In this document: piece after piece, positions 34,775 through 44,534 of the stretch
Numbering within the stretch: the first letter of the stretch is position 1
Layout: each line of letters opens with the position of its first letter
DNA from: an uncultured delta proteobacterium
GTDB lineage: Bacteria > Myxococcota > Myxococcia > SLRQ01
Reading direction: 5' to 3'
NCBI GenBank assembly: GCA_963727485.1
Contig: CAVSGM010000002.1
Coordinates: 320,001-384,000 of the forward strand
Length of the DNA stretch: 64,000 nucleotides
Notes under the pieces: generated by a model
Seen by the model: only the letters and a program-made list of their open reading frames with translations
Told to the model about the DNA's origin: nothing
Database searches by the model: none
Translations under genes and position numbers: made by a program

Positions 34775-35521
34775 TCAGCGGCCCCGGTCGGCCCGGTCGG
34801 CGACGTAGGCCCGGATGGCCTCCCGATTGGCGCCGGCCAGGTTCTGGAAGTGGATGGCCAGGGCGTGGAAGCCCTTGTCGGTGAGGTCGCGGACCGCCCG
34901 GCCCTGGACCCAGATGGGCTCGGCGTCCGGGAGGGTGACCTCCAGGCGGACCTCGTCGCCGGCCTGGACCAGCGGGAGGGCCATGGCCGCGAGGTAGATG
35001 CCGTTCTCGGAGATGTCCCGGGCCAGCGCCCGGGCCACCCGCTCGCCCTTGACCACCTTCACGTAGCTCTCGAGGGGGACCCGGGTCGGGCGGTCGATGT
35101 GGATTTGGATGTCGGCCTCGCCGGGGAGGGGCTCCGGGGGCCTCGGCTGGAGACCCTCCCGGGAGACGGTGTCGAGGAGGGCGTCGAGGCCCGAGGGGAC
35201 CTCGACGGCCCCGGTCGGCGCCGGCTCGGCGTCCGGGGGCGGCGCCTCGGCCGCGGGTGCAGGTGCGGGCGCAGGTGCGGGCGCAGGTGCGGGGGCCGCC
35301 GGGGCCTCCGCCGCCGGGGGCGCCGCCAGGACCGCGTCGGCGTCGGCCTCCATCTCGCCCTTCCCCACCCCACCGAGGAGGGTCTTGGCGGGGCTCTGGG
35401 TCTTGTTCAGGTCCGCCAGGATGCCCCCGGTGGCCTTGAGGCGATTGGCCTGGAACCGGGACTGGGCCCGCTTCCCCCGGCTCTTCCCGCCGCTCTTGCC
35501 GCCCTTCCCCCGGCTAGCCAT
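34775..35521 (-). CDS. PilZ domain protein with basic N-terminus and Pro/Ala linker
   Basis: C-terminal RVPL...DISENGIYL...GRAVR...IHFQNL. Confidence 0.8.
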   Translation of the reverse strand: MASRGKGGKSGGKSRGKRAQSRFQANRLKATGGILADLNKTQSPAKTLLGGVGKGEMEADADAVLAAPPAAEAPAAPAPAPAPAPAPAPAAEAPPPDAEPAPTGAVEVPSGLDALLDTVSREGLQPRPPEPLPGEADIQIHIDRPTRVPLESYVKVVKGERVARALARDISENGIYLAAMALPLVQAGDEVRLEVTLPDAEPIWVQGRAVRDLTDKGFHALAIHFQNLAGANREAIRAYVADRADRGR

Positions 35522-36338
35522 GGGCGCGTCCCGCCGGGGTCACGGCCGCCGGAGCCGCCGCCGCGTCCTCCCGGGCCACCAGCTCCCCGGTGAGGGCGTG
35601 GTAGTCCCGGGCGCCCCGGGACCGGGGGGCGAAGAGGCACAGGGGCTCGCCGGCGCCGGTGGACTTCTCCACGTCGGCGTTCTCCCGGATGACCGTCTCC
35701 AGGGCAAAGGGGCCGAACATGGCCCTCACCGCCCCGAGGACGTCCTCGCTGACCGTCTGGTTCTTCCGGTAGCGGGTGACCAGGCCGTAGACCCGGTAGG
35801 CGAGCCCCAGCTCCTGGGTGAGGTCCCGGAGGGTCTCGGCCATCTTCTCGACCCCCTGGAGGCCGAAGTAGTTCGCCGCCACCGGGACGACGACCGCCTG
35901 GGCGGCGATGAAGGCGCCGATGGTCATGCCCGAGAGGGCCGGCGGGCAGTCGAGGACGATGTCGTCGTAGTCGGCGGCCGCCGCGGCGAGCTTCACCGAG
36001 AGGACCCGGACGGGGATGGCGTAGCGCTTCTCCATCTCGCGCTCGACGGTGGCGAGATTGAGGGTGCTGGGGAGGAGCGAGAGGCGCTCGAGGCCCTCGA
36101 GGTCCACCGGGAGGGCCGCGTCGCGGACGGCCACCGCGCGGTCGAGGAGGACGTCGGTGATGGTCCGGTCGAGGTGCTCGCCCTCGAGGCCCAGGCCCAC
36201 GGCGCAGTGGCCCTGGGGGTCCAGATCGACCAGGAGCACCCGCCGGTCGAGGCGGGCGAGGTTGGCGGCGAGGTTGAGGCTCGTCACCGTCTTGCCGACG
36301 CCGCCCTTCTGGTTGGCGACGGCGATGACACGTGCCAT
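35514..36338 (-). CDS. ParA/Soj family ATPase (orphan)
   Basis: VIAVANQKGGVGKT, LVDLDPQG, LDCPP; no parB in window. Confidence 0.93.
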   Translation of the reverse strand: MARVIAVANQKGGVGKTVTSLNLAANLARLDRRVLLVDLDPQGHCAVGLGLEGEHLDRTITDVLLDRAVAVRDAALPVDLEGLERLSLLPSTLNLATVEREMEKRYAIPVRVLSVKLAAAAADYDDIVLDCPPALSGMTIGAFIAAQAVVVPVAANYFGLQGVEKMAETLRDLTQELGLAYRVYGLVTRYRKNQTVSEDVLGAVRAMFGPFALETVIRENADVEKSTGAGEPLCLFAPRSRGARDYHALTGELVAREDAAAAPAAVTPAGRAHG

Positions 36339-36424
36339 GGCGCTTCCTCCTGCCCGACCGCGAGCGCCGGGCGCGCGGACGCTAGCACCCGGCCGGGCAG
36401 GGGGTCAACGCGGGCCTGGGGCGA

Positions 36425-37606
36425 TCAGTCCCGCTCCACCACCAGGGCGATGCCCTCGCCGCCGCCGATGCAGAGGCTGGCGCAGCCGAGCTTCTGGTCC
36501 TCGTCGCGCATGGTGTAGAGGAGCGTGGTGAGGATCCGGGACCCGGAGGCGCCGATGGGGTGCCCCAGGGCCACGGCGCCGCCGCGGACGTTCACCTTGT
36601 CCACCGAGAGCCCGAGCTCCCGGTTGTTGGCCACGGCGACCACCGCGAAGGCCTCGTTGATCTCCCAGCGGCCGATGTCCTCGACCTTCACCCCGGCCTT
36701 CTGGGTGGCGGCGCGGATGGCGTCGGAGGGGGCCATGGTGAACCACTCGGGCTCCCGGGCGGCGCCGCCCCAGCCGCGGATCCGGGCCAGCGGGGTGAGG
36801 CCGCGCTTCTTGGCCTCGTCGGCGCTCATCAGCACCAGGGCCGAGGCGCCGTCGTTGATGGACGAGGCGTTGCCGGCGGTGACGGTGCCGTCCTTCTGGA
36901 AGGCCGGCCGCAGCGACGCGATCTTGTCGGGGCGGGCGTTCTTGGGGCCGTCGTCCTCGTCGACCTTCACCGGGTCGCCCCGGCGCTGGGGGACCTCGAC
37001 GGGGACGATCTCGTCCTTGAACTTCCCGTCCTTCCAGGCGGCGATGGCGCGCTCGGTGGACATCACCGAGTACTCGTCCTGGGCGGCGCGGGGGATGTCG
37101 CACTCCCGGGCGCAGAGCTCGGCGGCGGCGCCCATGTGGAAGTCGTTGTACGGGTCCCAGAGGCCGTCGTGGATCATCAGGTCCACCAGCTCGCCGTTGC
37201 CCATCCGGTAGCCCGACCGGGCCTTGGGCAGCAGGTACGGCGCGTTGGACATGGACTCCATGCCGCCGGCGACGACGATGTCGGCGTCCCCGAGGGCGAT
37301 GGTCTGGGCGGCCATGATCACGGTCTTGAGGCCCGAGCCGCAGACCTTGTTCACGGTGGTCGCCGGGACGTGCTTGGGCAGCCCGCCGTAGATGGCCGCC
37401 TGGCGGGCCGGGGCCTGGCCGGCGCCGCCCTGGAGGACCATGCCCATGAAGGCCTCCTGGACGTCCTCCGGGTCGATGCCGGCGCGCTTGACGGCGTCGG
37501 CGATGACGGTGGCGCCGAGGCGGGTGGCGGGGACGGGGGCGAGGCTCCCGAGGAACGCGCCCATGGGGGTGCGGGTGGCGCTGACGATGACGACTTCACG
37601 GGCCAT
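36425..37606 (-). CDS. Acetyl-CoA C-acetyltransferase (thiolase)
   Basis: NKVCGSG, GGMESMS, EINEAF, GHPIGASG, CIGGGEG. Confidence 0.95.
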   Translation of the reverse strand: MAREVVIVSATRTPMGAFLGSLAPVPATRLGATVIADAVKRAGIDPEDVQEAFMGMVLQGGAGQAPARQAAIYGGLPKHVPATTVNKVCGSGLKTVIMAAQTIALGDADIVVAGGMESMSNAPYLLPKARSGYRMGNGELVDLMIHDGLWDPYNDFHMGAAAELCARECDIPRAAQDEYSVMSTERAIAAWKDGKFKDEIVPVEVPQRRGDPVKVDEDDGPKNARPDKIASLRPAFQKDGTVTAGNASSINDGASALVLMSADEAKKRGLTPLARIRGWGGAAREPEWFTMAPSDAIRAATQKAGVKVEDIGRWEINEAFAVVAVANNRELGLSVDKVNVRGGAVALGHPIGASGSRILTTLLYTMRDEDQKLGCASLCIGGGEGIALVVERD

Positions 37607-37692
37607 GGCTGCCTCTCTCGGTTCGGTGTTCGGGGACCATCTATGTCGCCCGAGGGGGCTCGCGCAACCCTGGCGGCGCCCCGTGGACGCGA

Positions 37693-38291
37693 CTAGGGGC
37701 CCGGGGCGTCGAGGGGCGCCGGGGTCCCGGGCGGGGGCGTGCCCGGGGGCAGCGGCGGCGGCGGGAGGCCGTCGTCGGTGGGGGCGGCGCCCTGCTTCTG
37801 CTTGGGCTTCTGGGCGGCGGCCGGGCTCTGCGGCGGCGGTGCCGGGCGCGGGGCGGCCTGGCCCGGGGCGAAGGTGGCCTCCACCCGGGGTACGGCGGGG
37901 GCACGCTCTGGTCGCCCCCCTGGCCGCCCTGACCCTGTCCCTGCCCGCTCCCGTAGCCGAGCCGGCGCATCAGGAAGCGCCGGCTCCGGGGGTAGTCCTG
38001 GACCCAGGCGAGGGGCACCAGGCACACCAGGCCCCCGCACACGGCCCCGGGATTGATGGGCCCGTTCCGGGCGAAGCTCCCGTGGAGGTCGTCGTAGCCC
38101 TGGAGGTAGAGGTCCACCCGGTGGACGGTGCCCACGGGGGCGGTGTCCGTGTAGCGCACCGGGGTGCGGCCGAGGTAGGCGCCGTCGACGACGACCCGGG
38201 CGCCCGGGGGCTCGCTCTCGAGGAGGATGGTGCTGGCGCAGCCACCGAGGAGCGCCAGGGCGCAGGCGGCGACGAGCAGGCGGGCGCGCAT
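37693..38291 (-). CDS. PEGA-domain lipoprotein with Pro-rich tail (probable frameshift ~37870-37920)
   Basis: Lipobox LGGC; SEPPGARVVVDGAYLGRTP; plausible C-terminus in the alternative frame ending at 37693. Confidence 0.65.
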
Positions 38292-38304
38292 GGGGCTCAT
38301 CCTC

Positions 38305-39003
38305 TCACGCGAAGTGCACGGCCGGCCACCCGCGCTGGCGGGCGAGGCGGGCGAGGCGGGGGTCGGCGTTGACGGCCACCGGGTGGCCCACGGCCTCGAG
38401 GACCGGGAGGTCGCTCACCGAGTCGGTGTAGAACCAGGCGTCGGCGAGGTCGGCGTCGAGCTCGCCGGCGAGCTGCCGGGCGCGCTCGAGCTTCCCCTCG
38501 CCGTAGCACAGGGGCGGGACCACCCGGCCGGTGAGGCGCCCGTCGGCGACCTCGAGGACGGTGGAGGCGAGGTGGTCGACGTTCAGGTCCCGGGCCAGGG
38601 GCTCGGCGCCGTACTGGGTGGAGGCGGTGAGGATGACCGGGAGGTGGCCGGCGGCGCGGTGGGCCTCGAGGCGGGCCACGGCGACCGCGGAGATGGTCGG
38701 CCGGACCAGGTCCCGGTACCAGCGCTCGGTGCGGGCGGTGAGGGCGTCGACGGCCTCGCCCCGGGAGAGGCCCAGCGCCTTCTCGGTGACCGCGCCCATG
38801 TCGAGGATCCCCAGGCGGTAGCGCACCAGCCAGGTGGCCGCCCGCGCCATCTGGCCCAGGGACAGCCGCCCCTCCCGGCGCTCGAAGCGCAGCCACAGGG
38901 CGGCGCTGTTCACCGTGAGGAGGGTCAGGTCCATGTCGAAGAGGGCGAGGACCCGGGCCCCGTCGGCGGGCGGGGGCGGCGGCAGGGCGCTGTCTTCGGC
39001 CAT
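38305..39003 (-). CDS. HAD-IB family hydrolase (SerB-like)
   Basis: LFDMDLTL, ILTAS, YGEGK, YTDSVSDLPVLEAVGHPVAVNADPRL. Confidence 0.92.
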   Translation of the reverse strand: MAEDSALPPPPPADGARVLALFDMDLTLLTVNSAALWLRFERREGRLSLGQMARAATWLVRYRLGILDMGAVTEKALGLSRGEAVDALTARTERWYRDLVRPTISAVAVARLEAHRAAGHLPVILTASTQYGAEPLARDLNVDHLASTVLEVADGRLTGRVVPPLCYGEGKLERARQLAGELDADLADAWFYTDSVSDLPVLEAVGHPVAVNADPRLARLARQRGWPAVHFA

Positions 39004-39005
39004 GG

Positions 39006-39644
39006 CTACTTGAGGACGTCGACGTGGAGGTCGAGGCGGACGGTTCCGTCCCCGGCGGGCCGGGCGGGGTTCTCCGCGGTGTCGAAGGGCATGATCAGGC
39101 GGACCAGGAGGGTCGCCTCGTCGGCGAGGATGCCCTGGGAGAGAGCATGGCGCCCGCCCGGGTCGAAGACCAGCGTCCCCTGCCCCGCCCCCAGGCCCGT
39201 GAGGTGCCCGACCCGGGCGACCCCGTCGTCGGTGGTGGCGGTGACCCCCGGGGGGCCCACGTAGACCACCCCCGCGACCACGGTCTGGGTGAGGGTGCCC
39301 GGGTCGAAGGTGACGTCGCCGCCCCGGAGCCGGAGGACGGCCTGCCCCGAGGCCACGGCGGACAGATCGCTGCCCACGGCGCCGAGGTCGGCGCGCTTCA
39401 CCTGGAGCGAGGAGACCAGGGGGAGATCCTCGGCGACCCGCGGGGCGCTCGCCGGCCAGGGATTGGGGACGCTGCCCCCGAGCTCGGCGAGGAGCGACGG
39501 CGAGAGGCGGGCGGTGAGGGCCTGCGCCGCGGCGGTGCCCGAGACCGGGACCGGCACGGTGATCATGTCGTTGAGGACGAGGCGCTGGCCGCAGCCGGCG
39601 ACGGCGACGAGGACGACCAGGGCGGCTGGCACCAGGCGGCGCAT
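39006..39644 (-). CDS. Hypothetical lipoprotein
   Basis: Lipobox VAGC; tightly coupled to the downstream HAD gene. Confidence 0.7.
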   Translation of the reverse strand: MRRLVPAALVVLVAVAGCGQRLVLNDMITVPVPVSGTAAAQALTARLSPSLLAELGGSVPNPWPASAPRVAEDLPLVSSLQVKRADLGAVGSDLSAVASGQAVLRLRGGDVTFDPGTLTQTVVAGVVYVGPPGVTATTDDGVARVGHLTGLGAGQGTLVFDPGGRHALSQGILADEATLLVRLIMPFDTAENPARPAGDGTVRLDLHVDVLK

Positions 39645-39721
39645 GGAGGGTGTCTAGCACACCCAAGATCCTTGACGAAGCCCCCGGGGCGCAGGGAGGG
39701 TGGCGCCCAAGGAGGCGGCAC

Positions 39722-41692
39722 ATGGTGGAGACCCCCAAGGTGGCCGAAGGGACGGTCCTCTGGAAGCCCTCGGAGCAGGCGGTGGCGCGGTGTCGCGTCG
39801 GCCGCTACCTCGAGTGGCTGAAGGCCGAGCGGGGCCTCTCCTTCGACGACTACGCCTCGCTCTGGGACTGGTCGGTCACCGAGCTCGAGGCCTTCTGGCA
39901 GAGCATCTGGGACCACTTCGAGGTCATCGCCCACGACCCGCCCCAGGCCCCCATGGGCCGCCGGGAGATGCCCGGGGCCGAGTGGTTCCCCGGGGCCACC
40001 CTCAACTACGCCGAGCACGCCCTCCGGCGCCGGGACGACCACCTGGCGGTCCTCGCCCGGGACGACACCGGGGCCGAGCGGCGCCTGACCCGCGCCGAGC
40101 TCGCCGACCAGGTGGCCCGGTGCCGGGAGGGCCTGGCGCGCCTGGGGGTCGCGCGCGGGGACCGGGTGGCGGCGTTCCTGCCCAACGCCGTCGAGGCGCT
40201 GGTGGGCTTCCTGGCCACGGCGAGCCTGGGGGCGGTGTGGTCGAGCTGCTCCCCGGAGTTCGGGGTCGGCAGCGTCCTCGACCGGTTCCAGCAGATCGCC
40301 CCCAAGGTCCTGCTCACGGTGGACGGCTACGCCTACGGCGGGAAGTTCTTCGACCGCCGCGAGGAGGTGGCCCAGATCCGCGCCGGGCTGCCGTCGCTGG
40401 CCCACACGGTGGTGGTGCCCCGGAGCGACGCCGCGGCGACGGTCCCCGACGCGGTGCGCTGGGACGACCTCTGCGGCACCCCCGGTGAGCTGGCCTTCGA
40501 GGCGGTGCCCTTCGACCACCCCCTGTGGATCCTCTACTCCTCGGGGACCACGGGGCTGCCCAAGGCCATCGTCCAGGGGCACGGGGGCATCCTCCTGGAG
40601 CACCTCAAGGCCCTGGCCCTCCACTGCGACCTCGGCCCCGACGACCGGTTCTTCTGGTTCACCACCACCGGGTGGATGATGTGGAACTTCCTGGTCTCGG
40701 GGCTCCTGGTGGGGGCCACGGTGGTGCTCTTCGAGGGGAGCCCGGCGTTCCCGGACCTCACGGCGATGTGGCGCCTGGCCGAGGACGCGGAGCTGACCTA
40801 CTTCGGGACCTCGGCGCCGTTCTTGGTGACCTGCCGCAAGGAGGGCGTCGACCCGGCCCGGGACTTCGACCTCTCGCGGCTCCGGGGGCTCGGGAGCACC
40901 GGCGCGCCGCTGCCCGCCGAGGGCTTCGCCTGGGTCTACGACCACGTGGATCCGGACCTGCTCCTGGGCTCGGTGAGCGGCGGCACCGACGTGTGCACCG
41001 CCTTCGTCCTCTCCTGCCCCCTGCTCCCGGTGCAGGCCGGGGAGATCCAGTGCCGGGGCCTCGGCTGCAAGGTCGAGGCCTTCGACCCCGAGGGGAAGCC
41101 GGTGACAGGCGAGGTGGGCGAGCTGGTGATCACCGAGCCCATGCCCTCGATGCCCATCTACTTCTGGGGCGACGAGGACGGGGCGCGGATGAAGGCCAGC
41201 TACTTCTCGGACTACGCGGGGGTCTGGCGGCACGGGGACTGGATCAAGATCACCGACCACGGGACCTGCGTCATCTACGGGCGCTCGGACTCCACCCTCA
41301 ACCGCGGCGGGGTGCGGATGGGGACCAGCGAGTTCTACCGGGTGGTGGAGGCGCTGCCCGAGGTGCGCGACTCGGTCGTGGTGGACACGGGGACGCTGGA
41401 CGATCCCGGGAAGCTGTGGCTCTTCCTGGTGCTGCGGGCGGGGTTCGAGCTGGACGACGCGCTCACGGCCAAGGTGAAGAAGACCATCCGGGAGCAGCTC
41501 TCGCCCCGGCACGTGCCCGACACCATCCACCAGGTCGACGACGTGCCGCGGACCCTCTCGGGGAAGAAGCTCGAGGTGCCCATCAAGCGGATCCTGAACG
41601 GGACGCCGGTGGCGCAGGCGGCGAGCCGGGACACGCTGAAGAACCCCGAGGCCTTCGACGCCTTCGTGGCGATCGTGACCGGCGGGGGGTGA
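39722..41692 (+). CDS. Acetoacetate--CoA ligase
   Basis: WFPGATLNYAE, YSSGTTGLPKAIV, FTTTGWMMWN, SGGTDVCT, WRHGDW, GRSDSTLNRGGVRMGTSE. Confidence 0.93.
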   Translation: MVETPKVAEGTVLWKPSEQAVARCRVGRYLEWLKAERGLSFDDYASLWDWSVTELEAFWQSIWDHFEVIAHDPPQAPMGRREMPGAEWFPGATLNYAEHALRRRDDHLAVLARDDTGAERRLTRAELADQVARCREGLARLGVARGDRVAAFLPNAVEALVGFLATASLGAVWSSCSPEFGVGSVLDRFQQIAPKVLLTVDGYAYGGKFFDRREEVAQIRAGLPSLAHTVVVPRSDAAATVPDAVRWDDLCGTPGELAFEAVPFDHPLWILYSSGTTGLPKAIVQGHGGILLEHLKALALHCDLGPDDRFFWFTTTGWMMWNFLVSGLLVGATVVLFEGSPAFPDLTAMWRLAEDAELTYFGTSAPFLVTCRKEGVDPARDFDLSRLRGLGSTGAPLPAEGFAWVYDHVDPDLLLGSVSGGTDVCTAFVLSCPLLPVQAGEIQCRGLGCKVEAFDPEGKPVTGEVGELVITEPMPSMPIYFWGDEDGARMKASYFSDYAGVWRHGDWIKITDHGTCVIYGRSDSTLNRGGVRMGTSEFYRVVEALPEVRDSVVVDTGTLDDPGKLWLFLVLRAGFELDDALTAKVKKTIREQLSPRHVPDTIHQVDDVPRTLSGKKLEVPIKRILNGTPVAQAASRDTLKNPEAFDAFVAIVTGGG

Positions 41693-41763
41693 CCGGCGGC
41701 GAGAATTACGTGCCTTGACGTAAGGGAATCCGTGGCGTGTACTCGGCTCGACGGGGGCACGGC

Positions 41764-42232
41764 ATGGGGTCCCTGGGGAGGCACGCGGTGTTGGCGCCGG
41801 AGCAGCATTATGGCGAGGCGAGCATGGGGCAGCGGTTCTGGACCTACCTGCTCGACTCGGTCTTTCTGTTCGTCATCTTCTTCACCCTCGCCGCGATCTA
41901 CGGGGGCGTGACGGCGCTCGCCGGCTCGCCGTCGGGCCCGGGGGGGCTGGGCCTGCGCGTCGCGGCCATCGGGGTCGCCGCCGCCTACTACTTCATGCTG
42001 GAGTGGCTCCTAGGACGGACCCTGGGGAAGATGATGCATCGGGACCCGGGTCATCCGCGACCGGGGCGGGCGGCCGGGGCCTAAGGAGATCTTCCTCCGG
42101 ACCGTGGTGCGCCTCGTGCCCTTCGAGCCCTTCTCCTTCCTGGCGGGGAACGGCTGGCACGACCGGTGGAGCGGCACCAGCGTCGTCCGGACCCGGCCGG
42201 GGAAGTGGCAGCAGGACCCCATGGACGTCTGA
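41764..42232 (+). CDS. RDD family membrane protein (frameshift ~42038)
   Basis: QRFWTYLLD, YYFMLE...GRTLGK, then in the next frame GTRVI...RTVVRLVPFEPFSFL...WHDRWSGTSVV. Confidence 0.82.
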
Positions 42233-42310
42233 CGACGGAACCGGCGGCAGGCGGAGGGACCCCCTATGGAGCCGGGCGGGGCGGTGCCTATACCCGCTAC
42301 GGGGGAAGAC

Positions 42311-42589
42311 ATGGAAAACAAGCCAGTCCAAATCGACAAGCTGGAGAAGCAGCTCGCGCGGTGGGGGGCGAAGCTCGACGACCTCGCGGAGAAGGTCGCG
42401 AGCGCCGGCGCCCAGGCCAAGGCCGATCAGCGCCAGGTGATCGCCGACCTGAAGGCGAAGCAGAAGCGCGCCCAGGCCAAGCTCGACGAGTTCAAGGCCG
42501 CGGGCGGCGACAAGTGGGACACCTTCAAGGCCGGCGTCGAGAGCGCCTACAACGACCTCGAGGGCGCCTTCAAGAAGATGGGGAACTAG
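42311..42589 (+). CDS. Small coiled-coil protein, sll1863-like stress protein
   Basis: KLEKQLARWGAKLDDL...WDTFKAGVESAYNDL pattern. Confidence 0.72.
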   Translation: MENKPVQIDKLEKQLARWGAKLDDLAEKVASAGAQAKADQRQVIADLKAKQKRAQAKLDEFKAAGGDKWDTFKAGVESAYNDLEGAFKKMGN

Positions 42590-42590
42590 C

Positions 42591-42731
42591 GGAGTCATCC
42601 TCTGGGGCCTCGGGTTGGCCACGTCCTTCACGCTCGGCGGGTTCATCCACGTGCTGCTGGTGCTCGCCGTGGCGGTGCTGCTCTTCCGGATCATCCAGGG
42701 GTACCGGGGCAATCACGCCGTGAAGAGCTGA
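42591..42731 (+). pseudogene. 5'-truncated lmo0937/DUF5670-like small membrane protein
   Basis: GVILWGLGLATSFTLGGFIHVLLVLAVAVLLFRIIQG...* with no in-frame start codon. Confidence 0.6.
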
Positions 42732-42877
42732 CACCCGGGCGCATCCGCCAGGCGACGGGGAGGCAGCATGAGCCTGGGGCGCCTCGGGCGGTTGGCCAGG
42801 ACCGAGGCGGCCGCGGGCATGGTCCCGTGGGCTCGGGGCCGGCCAGCGTGTCGGAGGGCCGTGGTAGCGTCGCGCCC

Positions 42878-43090
42878 ATGGAGATCCCCTTCGACAGCCT
42901 CTCCGAGGCGGCCCTGCGCGGCGTCATCGAGGCCTTCGTCAACCGCGAGGGCACGGACTACGGCGAGGTGGAGACGCCCTTCGAGCGGAAGGTCGAGCAG
43001 GTCCGGGCGGCGCTGGCCGCCGGGCGGGCGCGGCTGACCTTCGACGAGGGGACCGAGACGTGCAACATCGTGCCGGTCGAGTCGCCGTAG
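42878..43090 (+). CDS. YheU (UPF0270) family protein
   Basis: MEIPFDSLS...LRGVIEAFVNREGTDYGE...FDEGTETCNIV. Confidence 0.9.
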   Translation: MEIPFDSLSEAALRGVIEAFVNREGTDYGEVETPFERKVEQVRAALAAGRARLTFDEGTETCNIVPVESP

Positions 43091-43180
43091 TGCCCACGTG
43101 GGCAGGCTGATCCAGGTCAGGCCCCGGATGCCCACGTGGGCACAGTGACCTGGATCAGGCGTTGAGTGCCCACGTGGGCA
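43091..43180. repeat. Three copies of the 14-bp palindrome TGCCCACGTGGGCA at 38-bp period
   Basis: Copies at 43091, 43129, 43167; spacers carry CTGATCCAGGTCA and its reverse complement. Confidence 0.92.
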
Positions 43181-43192
43181 GTGGCGGGCGGG

Positions 43193-44482
43193 TCAGCCGG
43201 CCTGGCGGTGGGCGGGCGGCGGCGCGTCCTCGACCCCCTCCGGCTCGGCGCCCTGCACCGTGTCGGTGACCACGAGCTGCACCAGGGCGGCGCCCACCAC
43301 GCAGGCCACCGCGGCCCCCACGAAGGGCCAGAAGAGCGACCAGGTCCCGGCGATGCCCCCGGCGAGGGTCCCGGTGGCCAGCCCCAGGGCGAAGCCCATG
43401 GTCACCAGGCTCATCTGTCGACCCTCGCCACCCTTCCTGGAAAGGTCGCCGGCCAGGGCGAAGACCGGGGCGGCGATGGCCCCGCTGGCGACCCCCTGGA
43501 GCACCCGGAGGGCCACCAGCTCCCAGGTGGTCTGTACCAGCCCCATGGGCCAGGTGGACGCCGCCATGAGCAGCAGCCCGATGACGATGATGGGCTTGCG
43601 CCCCACCCGGTCCGAGAGCCGGCCCAGGGGCACCTGGGTGAGCAGCCGGGTGACCATCAGGGCGCTGAAGGCCACCCCGAAGGCAAAGGCCGTCTCGCCG
43701 ATCTGGTCGTTGAACTGCTTCTCCAGGGGCACGATCATCGCGAAGGCGATGGCCATGGTGAACGTGGCGCTGCCCAGCGCCACGAAGGGCCAGCTCACCA
43801 GCTCGGTGTCGATGATCTTGAACGGCCGCGGCGGGCCCTGGGGCTCGACCCGGCGCTCCTTCACGAAGAGCTGCACCGCCACCAGGCCCAGGGCGATGAA
43901 CCCGGCCCCGGCGTAGAAGGCCGCGTTGAAGCCGAGCTGGTCGTAGATGAGGCCGCCGAGGACCGGCCCGATGCCCAGCCCGGCGACCCGGAACGTGGTG
44001 AACGTCCCCATGGAGCCACCCCGGGTGGCCTTCTCGGTGGCCAGGGTGAGCAGGGCGAGGGTCGCGGGCACCGTGATCGACGCCCCGAGGCCCTGGAGGA
44101 ACCGGAGGCCGAGGAGGGTCAGGAACTGCCCGGCGAAGACGAAGGCCAGGGTCGAGAGGCCCAGGATGGCCAGCCCGATCTGGACGAAGAGCTTGCGCCG
44201 GTTCACCCGGTCGATGACCGCCCCGGCGAGCGGCTGCGCGAGCCCCATGATGAGCCCGAAGAGGCTGATGAAGATGCCCGTGCGCACCGTCGACGGCCAG
44301 GGGAGCCAGGGTGCGGGCAGCTTGTCGATGTAGAGGGGCATCACCACGAAGAGGATGCTGTTGCCCACTCCGTCACCGAGGCGGCCCAGCGACAGGGCCA
44401 GGACCTCGCGGTTCGCGCCGATTCTGTTGAGGAAGCTCACGTCGGAGACGCTAGGAAGGCTTTGCGGGTCGCGTAAGGGCAC
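43193..44482 (-). CDS. MFS transporter (start uncertain)
   Basis: About 12 hydrophobic segments; motif A GRLSDRVGRK; LRFLQGLG. Confidence 0.9.
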   Translation of the reverse strand: MPLRDPQSLPSVSDVSFLNRIGANREVLALSLGRLGDGVGNSILFVVMPLYIDKLPAPWLPWPSTVRTGIFISLFGLIMGLAQPLAGAVIDRVNRRKLFVQIGLAILGLSTLAFVFAGQFLTLLGLRFLQGLGASITVPATLALLTLATEKATRGGSMGTFTTFRVAGLGIGPVLGGLIYDQLGFNAAFYAGAGFIALGLVAVQLFVKERRVEPQGPPRPFKIIDTELVSWPFVALGSATFTMAIAFAMIVPLEKQFNDQIGETAFAFGVAFSALMVTRLLTQVPLGRLSDRVGRKPIIVIGLLLMAASTWPMGLVQTTWELVALRVLQGVASGAIAAPVFALAGDLSRKGGEGRQMSLVTMGFALGLATGTLAGGIAGTWSLFWPFVGAAVACVVGAALVQLVVTDTVQGAEPEGVEDAPPPAHRQAG

Positions 44483-44534
44483 GCCCGGATGGGCCCCGCT
44501 TTACCGGGCGCCCCGGCTCGGCGACCATGGCGGG

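Noticed and set aside
35254..35292. Short GCAGGTGCGGGC repeat in the PilZ gene
   Set aside because: An ordinary (PA)n linker; too short to indicate a separate element.
43091..43180. CRISPR mini-array
   Set aside because: The repeat is only 14 bp, the 24-bp spacers are related to each other, and there are no cas genes or leader.
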